25,245 nucleotides of DNA from a virus. Lineage: Duplodnaviria; Caudoviricetes. The position numbers and the translations under genes are program-made. Location of the stretch: positions 1-25,245 of IMG/VR virus record IMGVR_UViG_3300044614_001158; one strand, given 5' to 3'. Below are positions 14,681-23,547 of the stretch, piece after piece. Numbering within the stretch: position 1 is the first letter of the stretch; each line of letters starts with the position of its first letter. Below the pieces are notes generated by a model. The model was not told where the DNA came from. It worked only from the letters and a program-made list of their open reading frames with translations, and searched no databases.

Positions 14681-16579
14681 ATGGCAAACGTGAAGATTTC
14701 GCAGCTTCCCGCGGCGTCCGCCCTTGCTGGTAATACGCTGTTTGAAGTCGTTCAGAATGGCGTAAATAAAAAGGCGACGCTGAGCGACATTGAGACAGGG
14801 CTCACTGGGAAATCAAATGTCGGCCATACGCACGTCATCAACGACGTTGCCAATTTGCAGGCCGCGTTAGACGGGAAATCAAACGTCGGCCACACGCATG
14901 TCGCGGCTAACATTACGGACTCCACCACGGTCGGTAGGACGCTGCTGACCGCCGCCAATGTCGGTGTTCAGCGTACGGCGCTTTCTATCAACAACGTAGA
15001 TAATACAAGCGACATAAACAAACCGATCTCCACCGCGCAGCAAACAGCGCTAAATGGTAAATCAGACATCGGCCACACACATACCGCGTCTGAGATCACG
15101 GATTTTACCGCGGCAGTAAACGCGGCGGTTCAGGCGGTGTCGCGCACCGTTTACGTGCAGGGGAATGGTATTGATTCGAACGATGGGTCATCTTTGACAA
15201 AGGCGGTGGCCACGCTAGAGCGCGCGATTCAACTCGCGACTGCCAGCGGCGTTCCGACGCTGATCGAAGTCTACCCAGGCACGTATGAGACGCAAGGTCA
15301 TCTCGACCTGCCGGATAATTGCGTCATCCGGTCAGCACACCGTACGGCTGTGATCCGCCCTGAAGTTGGGTACGAGACTCGCAATGTCTTCCGTATGGGC
15401 TCTGGATGCTTCGTTGAGGGGTTTCTGATCGAGGACTTCCGCCTCGACAGCCTGACCGATCCGACTAGTGGCTTCGCCTTCAGCTTTCGTCCAGGCGCCG
15501 TGATCAACCGCGTGCCTTACGCCCATAAATGCGCCATCCGCACCGGGCGTACGTGGAGCGCCGTGGCGCCGCCGCTCGACCGCGACAACGGAAACCCCGC
15601 TGTTGGTCTTGGCGGCGGTGTGGTTCTGGCCGATGGATTGGTGTGCAGTCCCTACAGCCCGTTTCCCAACATCATGACTTGGGGCGCGACTCCCGTTACA
15701 CACAACGGAATCGGGTACGTTGCCAAGAATGGGGGGCTCATCAACGCCGTGAACGCGGTTTCAATGTGGGCGCATATTCACTTCCTGGCTACGACCGGGG
15801 GGCAGATTATCCTATCGGCCTGTTCGACTCAGTTTGGTGATTATTCGATGGCCGCGAAGGGCTACCGCAACATCATAGTGCCGGCTGCTGTGGCGGGCAC
15901 ACCGTCTATACAGACCGCCGCCGCGAGCGCTGTAGCAGCGGCGCAGACCACCATCATCAACAATATGTGGACGGCGTTGGTATCGGGCGGGTACACGACG
16001 GGTTGGACGGCGCAGGACGAAACTTTCACTCGTTATGACGCCGCTCTTTTCCTGCAATGTATCCGGTGGGGCCTTGAGTACGCCACCGAAAAACCGATCC
16101 AAGATTTCGCTGCCGGCATGTTCAACACAGTAGGCGCGTCTGTGATTGACGCCCCGAAGTTCACGGCTTTTGTGTTCGCGTGGAACAATATGCGCGACCA
16201 GATCAATGCGCTCGGCATCGTCGCAGCAGCGCAGACCATGGTGACGAATATGACGGCGGCGGTTGTCAGCACGGTAAGCAGTCCTGTGACGCGCCGAGAG
16301 CCGAGCAAGATCACGGCGATTGGCCACACATGGACGGCGGTAATGGCGGGCGTTGCTCTGGCCCGCATCCCTCCGGCAAATAACGCCGCAACCATCCGCG
16401 ACAGCATCCTCGAACAGAATGAGGGCGTGGTTGTCGCAAGTGGTCAGGACGACCAAGGCAACGCGATTTTCGTGGGTGGCTTGGAGATCAACGCCGATAC
16501 TGGCGAGTTGGGTGGCCCGCCGTTTGATTCCGCAGTTCGCCGCGTAGCCACGCGCACAGCAATCGCAAGGAGCTTCTGA
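14681..16579 (+). CDS. Tailspike / tail fibre with probable beta-helix domain
   Basis: AAGGAG RBS; VKISQLP N-terminus; three GKSxxGHTH repeats; NVDNTSDINKPIS motif; YVQGNGIDSNDG...ATLERA...VYPGTY pectin-lyase-like entry. Confidence 0.78.
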   Translation: MANVKISQLPAASALAGNTLFEVVQNGVNKKATLSDIETGLTGKSNVGHTHVINDVANLQAALDGKSNVGHTHVAANITDSTTVGRTLLTAANVGVQRTALSINNVDNTSDINKPISTAQQTALNGKSDIGHTHTASEITDFTAAVNAAVQAVSRTVYVQGNGIDSNDGSSLTKAVATLERAIQLATASGVPTLIEVYPGTYETQGHLDLPDNCVIRSAHRTAVIRPEVGYETRNVFRMGSGCFVEGFLIEDFRLDSLTDPTSGFAFSFRPGAVINRVPYAHKCAIRTGRTWSAVAPPLDRDNGNPAVGLGGGVVLADGLVCSPYSPFPNIMTWGATPVTHNGIGYVAKNGGLINAVNAVSMWAHIHFLATTGGQIILSACSTQFGDYSMAAKGYRNIIVPAAVAGTPSIQTAAASAVAAAQTTIINNMWTALVSGGYTTGWTAQDETFTRYDAALFLQCIRWGLEYATEKPIQDFAAGMFNTVGASVIDAPKFTAFVFAWNNMRDQINALGIVAAAQTMVTNMTAAVVSTVSSPVTRREPSKITAIGHTWTAVMAGVALARIPPANNAATIRDSILEQNEGVVVASGQDDQGNAIFVGGLEINADTGELGGPPFDSAVRRVATRTAIARSF

Positions 16580-17043
16580 TGCCCCGCATTACCTGTAAGA
16601 CACCCGCAAGCGGCAAGCCGCTGAACATCACTTTGCTCAATGTTCCAACGGCTTTCACAACTATTGTCGATGCGCCTGATTTCTCTGTGCCTGATCCAAG
16701 TCAGTCGTTTGCGGCGCGCGATCCATTGGATGCTGCGCGGGCGATCCGCCCCGGCGAGATATTCTTGCTGACTCCTTTGGCCGTATACAACAAGACAGCA
16801 ACGGCGCGATGGGTTGAGGTGCAGTTGGTGACTGAGGCAGGAACCACGGTCCTCTCGCCCGGTCGCGTCACGGTGCCAGCGAACGATACGGTCTACATCC
16901 CCGTGCAGGGGCGTAGCTTTACGAAGCGTGTTCCCGGTGGCGCCAACGGCGACCGACTCCAGATTCGTGCCGAGTCCGCAGCGGCGCTTGATGTATGGGG
17001 TAGCGCTGAAGAACGCCTTTCGGCTGAACATATCGGGGGGTAG
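16579..17043 (+). CDS. Beta-rich tail-associated protein, 154 aa
   Basis: TGATG-coupled and located between two fibre genes. Confidence 0.65.
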   Translation: MPRITCKTPASGKPLNITLLNVPTAFTTIVDAPDFSVPDPSQSFAARDPLDAARAIRPGEIFLLTPLAVYNKTATARWVEVQLVTEAGTTVLSPGRVTVPANDTVYIPVQGRSFTKRVPGGANGDRLQIRAESAAALDVWGSAEERLSAEHIGG

Positions 17044-17047
17044 TGTG

Positions 17048-18961
17048 ATGACGGAAAAGTATGGTTCTGGACGCGCGCTGCTACTGGGGCATGGTATTCC
17101 GCAGGCAGTCCCGATCACACTCAATCCCGCCGTGTACGCTGGCGCGTTGGTCTATGGCACGGATGGCCGGCTGTACCAAAGCAACGGTACGGCGTGGGTG
17201 CTGAACATCGGGCGGCAGCTATACAACGCTGCTGCTCCCAACGCGACGGTGCCAGTCTTGCTCGTGGAGCCAGACGCGGCGCAGCGCACCGAAACAAATA
17301 TCGACGTAGCGGTTTTGCCGCGTGGGACGGGCGCGCTGTTGGCGCAAGTACCAGATAATACGATTACGGGCGGTAACAAACGTGGTGAAAGAGCCGTCGA
17401 TTTGCAGATGCGCCGCAGTATCGCGGCTCAAGTAGCTTCAGGTATCAGTGCTACTATATCTGGCGGTTGGAACAACACCGCTTCTGGTGAGCTTGCGACA
17501 ATCGGTGGTGGACACAGCAACACCGCTTCTGGCAGCACCGCGACCGTTGGTGGTGGTTCCACTAACACCGCTTCTGGGTATGGAAGTACCGTCGCAGGTG
17601 GACAGACCAACACCGCTTCTGGTGAACGATCCACCATCGCAGGTGGGTTTGTAAATACTGCTTCTGAGTATGGAAGTACCGTCGCAGGTGGGAGTAATAA
17701 TACCGCTTCTGAAATGTGGAGTACCGTCGCAGGTGGAGAGACCAACACCGCTTCTGGTGAGCTTGCGACAATCGGTGGTGGACAGATCAACACCGCTTCC
17801 AACCAAAACACTACAGTAGGCGGCGGGTCTATTAATACTGCCTCTGGGGCTAACGCGACCATTGGTGGTGGCACCACTAATATCGCTTCTGGCGAAGCGG
17901 CTACCATTGGAGGCGGCTCTCTCAACACCGCTTCCAACCAAAACACTACAGTAGGCGGCGGGTCTAATAATACTGCCTCTGGGGCTAACGCGACCATTGG
18001 CGGTGGCACCACTAATATCGCTTCTGGCGAACAAGCCGTTATCAGCGGGGGAGTCGTCCACACTGCTTCTGGAGCATGGTCGTCTGTTGGTGGTGGACAC
18101 ACCAATAGCGCTACTGGTGATCGATCCACCGTTTCTGGTGGACACAGCAACACCGCTTCTGGGTTTGGAAGCACCGTCGCAGGTGGTTATAGCAACATCG
18201 CTTCTGGTGGTCGTAGCGTTATTGGTGGCGGTCAAAGTAACACCGCGTCTGGCGCAAATAATGCCACGATTGGCGGGGGTATCGGTAATACCGCATCAGG
18301 TGGTGAAACAGTGATTTGCGGTGGGTACTATAACACCGCAGCAGGACAATTTTCAGTGATTGGCGGCGGTACGATTAACACAACAGAAGGAAGCGCAGTG
18401 GTTGGTGGAGGTTGGTATAACTATGCAAGTGGCGCGTTTTCAACTATTCCTGGTGGACTCCAGGGTACTACCCGTGGGCTTTATGGGCGTTTATCCTACG
18501 CAAGTGGCGCGTTTGCAAGTGTTGGCGATGCTCAGTATGGCTTGCATGTTTTGCGCCGAGAAACATCTAACGGGACGGCGCAGGGTTTAAGCTCGACCGG
18601 AGACGCCCCAGGAACGACCAACACACCGATCCTCCCCAACAATAGCCTCTATACTTTCCGCATCCGCGTAAGCTGCATCCAGACGGGCGGTACGGCGGGC
18701 GCGGCGGGTGACTGTAAGGCGTGGGATGTGGTGGGCGCGATCAAGCGCGGCGCCAATGCCGCCGCTACAGCACTTCTCGGCACCCCGACTATTACGGTGG
18801 TCGGAGCCAACACCAATCTTGGCGCGGGTAACACAACTGGCGCTATCATCGCCCTAGCCGCCGACACTACGCTTGGCGGGCTTGTCGTCAACGTCACCGG
18901 CCAGACCAACAAAAATCTGCGCTGGGTAGCAACAGTCGAAACCACGGAGGTATCCTATTAA
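17048..18961 (+). CDS. Tail fibre / adhesin with 15-aa beta-solenoid repeats
   Basis: 23 units of NTASGxxxTxxGGxx. Start placed at ATG 17048, after the previous stop. Confidence 0.8.
   Translation: MTEKYGSGRALLLGHGIPQAVPITLNPAVYAGALVYGTDGRLYQSNGTAWVLNIGRQLYNAAAPNATVPVLLVEPDAAQRTETNIDVAVLPRGTGALLAQVPDNTITGGNKRGERAVDLQMRRSIAAQVASGISATISGGWNNTASGELATIGGGHSNTASGSTATVGGGSTNTASGYGSTVAGGQTNTASGERSTIAGGFVNTASEYGSTVAGGSNNTASEMWSTVAGGETNTASGELATIGGGQINTASNQNTTVGGGSINTASGANATIGGGTTNIASGEAATIGGGSLNTASNQNTTVGGGSNNTASGANATIGGGTTNIASGEQAVISGGVVHTASGAWSSVGGGHTNSATGDRSTVSGGHSNTASGFGSTVAGGYSNIASGGRSVIGGGQSNTASGANNATIGGGIGNTASGGETVICGGYYNTAAGQFSVIGGGTINTTEGSAVVGGGWYNYASGAFSTIPGGLQGTTRGLYGRLSYASGAFASVGDAQYGLHVLRRETSNGTAQGLSSTGDAPGTTNTPILPNNSLYTFRIRVSCIQTGGTAGAAGDCKAWDVVGAIKRGANAAATALLGTPTITVVGANTNLGAGNTTGAIIALAADTTLGGLVVNVTGQTNKNLRWVATVETTEVSY
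17429..18463 (+). repeat. Coding tandem repeat, 45-bp period, 23 units
   Basis: Recurring AACACCGCTTCTGG; internal near-exact duplications at 135 and 270 bp offsets. Confidence 0.92.
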
Positions 18962-19227
18962 TGGCTCTTTTGCTCAACCTATCGACCAGCCCGCTTGGTG
19001 TTGGTTTCCCCACGGCGTACGCCCGCGTGGCGCGCATAAGTGGCGACAAGAACTCGACCGTCGTTGTGGTCGAAGTCCACGCCAGCGAGCAAGCGCGGAA
19101 CAGCAACGCGCGCCCGATTGATATACGGACGCACCAACTATCGATGCCGCACGACGCGCCGCTGTATCCAACGATCTACGGCGCGCTGAAAACCCTGCCC
19201 GAGTATGCCGGGGCGGTGGACTGCTGA
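18961..19227 (+). CDS. Putative tail fibre assembly chaperone, 88 aa
   Basis: TAATG-coupled to the fibre; ends IYGALKTLPEYAGAVDC, a typical fibre-accessory terminus. Confidence 0.6.
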   Translation: MALLLNLSTSPLGVGFPTAYARVARISGDKNSTVVVVEVHASEQARNSNARPIDIRTHQLSMPHDAPLYPTIYGALKTLPEYAGAVDC

Positions 19228-19733
19228 TGAGCCTCTACGCCGCCACGCGCGATCTGCACCATGCCTGTGAGGCTCACGAGGTCGGGCAGCGCATGAGCGC
19301 GGGCACGGTCACGCCCCAGGAATGGGCGGATTGGCTGGCGGCGTTTCGCGCGATTCACCGAGTCATCGACCCCCACCTCCCGCTACACCTGACCCGCGTT
19401 GCGTTACTGGACGCAGACCTCGCCATGATGCAGGCAGAACATGGTGTAGTTGGACGGGAGCCCAAGGCAGCGCGGCTTTTCGCCGAGGGACTGGCCGGCG
19501 ATACTGATAGGCTCGGAGCAGCCTATGTGCTGCATGGCGCGCATCGGCGCGGCGGGGCTGTTCTGGCGAAGACTATGGCTTCGCTGCGATACGCCACTGC
19601 GCATGTTTTCTACCCTCTGCCTTCAGAGGCGGAGGCGTTCGTGAAGCAGTTGCGCGAGCAAACTGAACTGGCCGAACCCGCTACAGCAACATTCCGTGCG
19701 CTGCTTGCAGTGATGGATGAAATAAATGGTTAG
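19227..19733 (+). CDS. Heme oxygenase-fold protein, 168 aa
   Basis: Proximal helix TRDLHHACE (TxxxHxxxE), LTRVALLDADL, distal helix AAYVLHGAHRRGG, C-terminal ATATFRALLAVMDE. Confidence 0.75.
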   Translation: MSLYAATRDLHHACEAHEVGQRMSAGTVTPQEWADWLAAFRAIHRVIDPHLPLHLTRVALLDADLAMMQAEHGVVGREPKAARLFAEGLAGDTDRLGAAYVLHGAHRRGGAVLAKTMASLRYATAHVFYPLPSEAEAFVKQLREQTELAEPATATFRALLAVMDEING

Positions 19734-21669
19734 TATCCGCTTTGAACGCTTCGCAGGAATGGCACCGCTCATATCGTCGCGGCTCCTTCCGCCAAACATG
19801 GCCGAACAGACGTACAATGCGTCTTTGCGGAACGGCGAACTGCGTGGCGTTCGTCAGCCGATAAAGATCAAAGACTTTTCTTCGATGTCGGCTTATGGAT
19901 GGGCGGTTCGCGTTCCTGATCCTGCGGACCCGTCTGCTCCAGTGTGGATTCCGTTTACTTCAAAATATGCTGATTTTTTCCCAAACCCCCTGACGAACGA
20001 TGCTTTTGATCGGTATGTGTGGATCGATAATAACGCCCCCGGCACCGCTGCGTTTCCGGTGCAAAACAGTTTTGCGCGCATCAAAGCGGGGCAACCCACC
20101 ATTCAACTAGGGGTGCCGGCGCCGACCAACGCCCCCACAGTGACGGTCACTGGTGGCTCCAACATCAACGTCACGCGGTCTTATGTATACACTTACGTCA
20201 ACATATTTGATGAGGAAGGCGCACCTTCTGACCCGGTGACTGTGACGGGGCACCTGAATGGTACATGGACAGTCACGGGGTTCATCAACCCGGTGAACGC
20301 TGCGACTCGCGGGCTCAATAGAATCCGCCTTTACCGGACCATATCGGGCTCTACCGGCACGCAATACTTCCGCGTTGCGCAGTTCGCGATAAACACGACG
20401 ACGTACACCGATTCTCAATCCGATGCCGATGTTGCATTGGTTGGTATTATTCTGGAGTCGACTCTCTGGATTGAGCCGCTTCAGATGGAGGGCATCGCGC
20501 TTATGCCCAACGGCTTCTTCGCTGGGTGGAAGGGGCGCGATTTGTTTTTCTCCGAGCCATACCGCCCGTGGGCGTGGCCGGCGGAGTACACGCTGTCAGT
20601 GGACCACCCAATCATTGACTGCGGCGTTGTGGGGCAGACGCTCATTGTTTTGACCTCTGTATCACCAGTCTTGGTTACTGGTATCAATCCGGCAGCGATG
20701 AGTATGGCGAAGTTGACGCAGGTTGAACCTTGTGTGTCAGCAAACTCCGTCGCGTCGTCGCCAGAGGGATTGTACTACGCGTCTCCAAACGGGCTCATTC
20801 TCATTTCGCCGCAGGGGCTCGCGTCGGTAACGCAGAACATAGTCGGGCGCGAGGCTTGGCAGCGCGACTTCTTGCCGTTCATTTCGGACGCAGTTGTCTA
20901 CGACTCCCAGTACATCGCAGCCGGTGAATCAGGGGACGGTTTTATCTACGGCGCGCTTGGGGACCAGCCCTACATAACGCACCTCATCAATTTCTCTACC
21001 ATACAGAGCTTGTGGGTTGATCCATATACCGGGCAAGTCCACATGACTATGGGCAACGACGTTTATGAGTGGGACTCATTGATGTCGGGCTACATACCGG
21101 CCCAATGGCTGAGTAAAGAGTTCCAGTACCAGCGTCCGATAAACCTCGGCGCGCTTATGATTTCCTTCGACGACGAAGTGGAAGTCCAATCTCCATTTGT
21201 GGAGGGATTCGAGCGAATCACAGAATCCGGCGATATAAGAATTTCTGAAAGTTCTGACATACGCATTTTGGAGGTTATACAAGACCCTACAAGTTCTATT
21301 CCGGTTGGCGGTCCATGGCCTGAATATGTGTCTATTATTGGCTACAACCAAATAAACGGTCGCACCATCAACGTAGACCCGTTAGACGGAGAGTACCCAC
21401 CTGGGAATGATTATCCGACAAAAGTGTGGCCTTATTGGTACGGAATCGTCAAGGAGAACCCTGAACTGATTTTGACACAAAACGGGAAGTGCGAAGTGAC
21501 GGTTTACGCCGGGAAAGACCTCGTTTGGCAAAGCGTTGTCGAGGATGGTGTTGTCTACAGATTGCCGAGCGGATTCAAGTCGGAGAGGTGGCAGTTTGAG
21601 ATAAACACCGCCGTACCAGTGTATAATCTTCAGGTGGCCGAGACATCTAAGGAGTTGGCCGATGTCTGA
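19726..21669 (+). CDS. Tail nozzle / stabilisation protein (tail tubular B-like)
   Basis: 647 aa, beta-rich; LFFSEPYRPWAWP, YYASPNGL, WLSKEF and YRLPSGFK motifs; precedes the ejection genes. Confidence 0.78.
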   Translation: MVSIRFERFAGMAPLISSRLLPPNMAEQTYNASLRNGELRGVRQPIKIKDFSSMSAYGWAVRVPDPADPSAPVWIPFTSKYADFFPNPLTNDAFDRYVWIDNNAPGTAAFPVQNSFARIKAGQPTIQLGVPAPTNAPTVTVTGGSNINVTRSYVYTYVNIFDEEGAPSDPVTVTGHLNGTWTVTGFINPVNAATRGLNRIRLYRTISGSTGTQYFRVAQFAINTTTYTDSQSDADVALVGIILESTLWIEPLQMEGIALMPNGFFAGWKGRDLFFSEPYRPWAWPAEYTLSVDHPIIDCGVVGQTLIVLTSVSPVLVTGINPAAMSMAKLTQVEPCVSANSVASSPEGLYYASPNGLILISPQGLASVTQNIVGREAWQRDFLPFISDAVVYDSQYIAAGESGDGFIYGALGDQPYITHLINFSTIQSLWVDPYTGQVHMTMGNDVYEWDSLMSGYIPAQWLSKEFQYQRPINLGALMISFDDEVEVQSPFVEGFERITESGDIRISESSDIRILEVIQDPTSSIPVGGPWPEYVSIIGYNQINGRTINVDPLDGEYPPGNDYPTKVWPYWYGIVKENPELILTQNGKCEVTVYAGKDLVWQSVVEDGVVYRLPSGFKSERWQFEINTAVPVYNLQVAETSKELADV

Positions 21670-21970
21670 GAGGTTCCCGGCTGTCCCAACCGTCACTGAA
21701 ACCATTAAGAGCCTATATCGGACGATTGACGCACTGAAACAGGTCGTCGAGATTCTTATCGGGACGCGCGGCAGCGGGCAACTCGCGGCTGTGTTGAAGC
21801 GCGACTTGGAGCTAAAGCCCATCCAGTTGCAGGTGTTCACTGTCCAAACACTGCCGATTGCGCGTGATTGGAAATACTGCATCGCCTATATCGAGGACGG
21901 GCAGGGCGGGAGACATATCGTGGTCAGCGACGGCCTAGTGTGGAAATACGCCGATGGGGGCCACGTATGA
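21662..21970 (+). CDS. Hypothetical tail protein, 102 aa
   Basis: Overlap-coupled at both ends; N-terminal coiled coil. Confidence 0.65.
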   Translation: MSERFPAVPTVTETIKSLYRTIDALKQVVEILIGTRGSGQLAAVLKRDLELKPIQLQVFTVQTLPIARDWKYCIAYIEDGQGGRHIVVSDGLVWKYADGGHV

Positions 21971-22422
21971 AGACCGTGGTTCTCAACGACGTGCAAGTTG
22001 GGGAGTTCGTGGCCGACCGCGCCAAGTGTGAATACGTCCCCGGCGCGCATACGACGATAGGGGTTGTGGACGACTCGCAGCCTATTGGGAGTCCGTCTCG
22101 CGTGCATGGCGGGGTCATTTTCTGCTCCTACACGGGGGCCTCGATCTGGATTCATGTCGGGGCGCGCAACGAGAAATGGATCATACCGGACATGCTCTGG
22201 TGTACGTTCCACTATCCCTTCGTCCAGCTTGGATGCAGCCGGTTGTACGGCGTGGTAGAAAGCGACAACGAGCAGGCGTTGAACTTCGACCTGAAGTTGG
22301 GGTTCAAGGTGCAAGCCGTGCTGCCGGGACTATTTGTTTCCGGTGCCGGGGTTGTGGTATGTATGGAACGTGACGAGTGCAGATGGTTGCGGATCAAGCC
22401 ACGCAACCTGAAAGGGGGCTGA
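21967..22422 (+). CDS. GNAT-fold acetyltransferase-like protein
   Basis: FHYPFVQLGCSRLYGVVESDNEQALNFDLKLGF (RimJ/RimL-like motif); ATGA overlap. Confidence 0.78.
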   Translation: MKTVVLNDVQVGEFVADRAKCEYVPGAHTTIGVVDDSQPIGSPSRVHGGVIFCSYTGASIWIHVGARNEKWIIPDMLWCTFHYPFVQLGCSRLYGVVESDNEQALNFDLKLGFKVQAVLPGLFVSGAGVVVCMERDECRWLRIKPRNLKGG

Positions 22423-22423
22423 T

Positions 22424-23533
22424 ATGGGCGGCGGTAAGGGTCAAAAAGTCGCGGCTCCCGACTACGCGCCAGTAGCGCAAGCGAACAAGGAAGCAGCGGA
22501 ACTTGCCGCGCAGGTTTCCCGCGAGCAGCTTGCTTGGGCGCGTGAACAGTACGCTCAAGACCGTGAAGTGACGCAGCGGTTCCTCGATGTCATGCTGCCG
22601 AACATGGTCGCTGAGTCGGAAGCGGGCGCACGCGAACGCGCGCGATACCAAGAGGTTTTCCAGCCAGTAGAAGACGCGCTCGCGCGTGAGGCGGCAGATT
22701 ACGCCACACCGGAGCGTCAGGCGCTTGAAGCGGGTAAGGCGCAGGCTGACGTGGCGCAGGCGTTTGACGCGCAGCGCCGCGGTGCTTTGGCGACCCTAGA
22801 AAGCTACGGGGTTGACCCGTCCATGGCGCGTGCTGGCGCGCTCGACCGCTCCGCGCGCATAACTCAAGCCGCTGCCGGTGCAGGCGCGGCCAACGCCGCT
22901 AGGACTCAGGTGGAGAACGTGAGTCGCGCCCTCCGCGGTGAAGTCATCAATATCGGTCGCGGGTATCCAGGCAGCATCGCGCAGGCGTACACCACAGCGC
23001 AGCAGGCCGGTGGCGGCGCGGTACAGTCGAACCTTCAGACGACGGCATCGGGCGCGAACACCATGGGCACCGGCATGCAGTGGTCTGGCTTGCAATCTGG
23101 CTTCTTGCAGAATTGGGGCTCGAACGTCGCTGCTCAAGGCCAAACCTACGCGGCGGGGCAGCAGGCGCGAGCGCAAGCGTCGGCTGGCATCGGCGCAGCG
23201 ATTGGGGGTCTGGCAGGGCTCGCTGGCTCGATTTACACTGGCGGCGCATCTCTCGCGCTTGCTGGCGCGCTAGGTGGCGCCGGGCGCGGTGGTGGTGGTG
23301 GCGGTGCTGGTGGCGGTTTACCGCCTTCTGATCGTCGCCTGAAGCGTGAAATACGCCGTATTGGCACATGGATGAATGGCCTGCCGGTGTACGTATGGCG
23401 CTACATTTGGGGTGGCCCGCTACAGACCGGGTTTATGGCTGACGAAGTTGCTAAGGTACACCCCAACGCCGTTCTGATCGGACCTGACGGATACGCTAGG
23501 GTGCGCTATGACTTGGCGGTACTGCCGGCATAA
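22424..23533 (+). CDS. Internal virion / DNA ejection protein with C-terminal peptidase S74 (intramolecular chaperone) domain
   Basis: MGGGKG N-terminus; A/Q/G-rich helices; Gly linker; SDRRLKREI...YVWRY...GFMADEV. Confidence 0.75.
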   Translation: MGGGKGQKVAAPDYAPVAQANKEAAELAAQVSREQLAWAREQYAQDREVTQRFLDVMLPNMVAESEAGARERARYQEVFQPVEDALAREAADYATPERQALEAGKAQADVAQAFDAQRRGALATLESYGVDPSMARAGALDRSARITQAAAGAGAANAARTQVENVSRALRGEVINIGRGYPGSIAQAYTTAQQAGGGAVQSNLQTTASGANTMGTGMQWSGLQSGFLQNWGSNVAAQGQTYAAGQQARAQASAGIGAAIGGLAGLAGSIYTGGASLALAGALGGAGRGGGGGGAGGGLPPSDRRLKREIRRIGTWMNGLPVYVWRYIWGGPLQTGFMADEVAKVHPNAVLIGPDGYARVRYDLAVLPA

Positions 23534-23547
23534 TAGGAGGGTAGAAG

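Noticed and set aside
17473-18031. Diversity-generating retroelement TR/VR pair
   Set aside because: No reverse transcriptase in the window. The duplicates are in-frame tandem units, with only two mismatches and no adenine-specific pattern.
17428-18235. Long repetitive antisense ORFs (248 and 265 aa)
   Set aside because: Mirror of the 45-bp coding repeat.
23288-23317. GGT microsatellite as a phase-variation tract
   Set aside because: Short, interrupted and triplet, so it preserves frame and is explained by the Gly linker.
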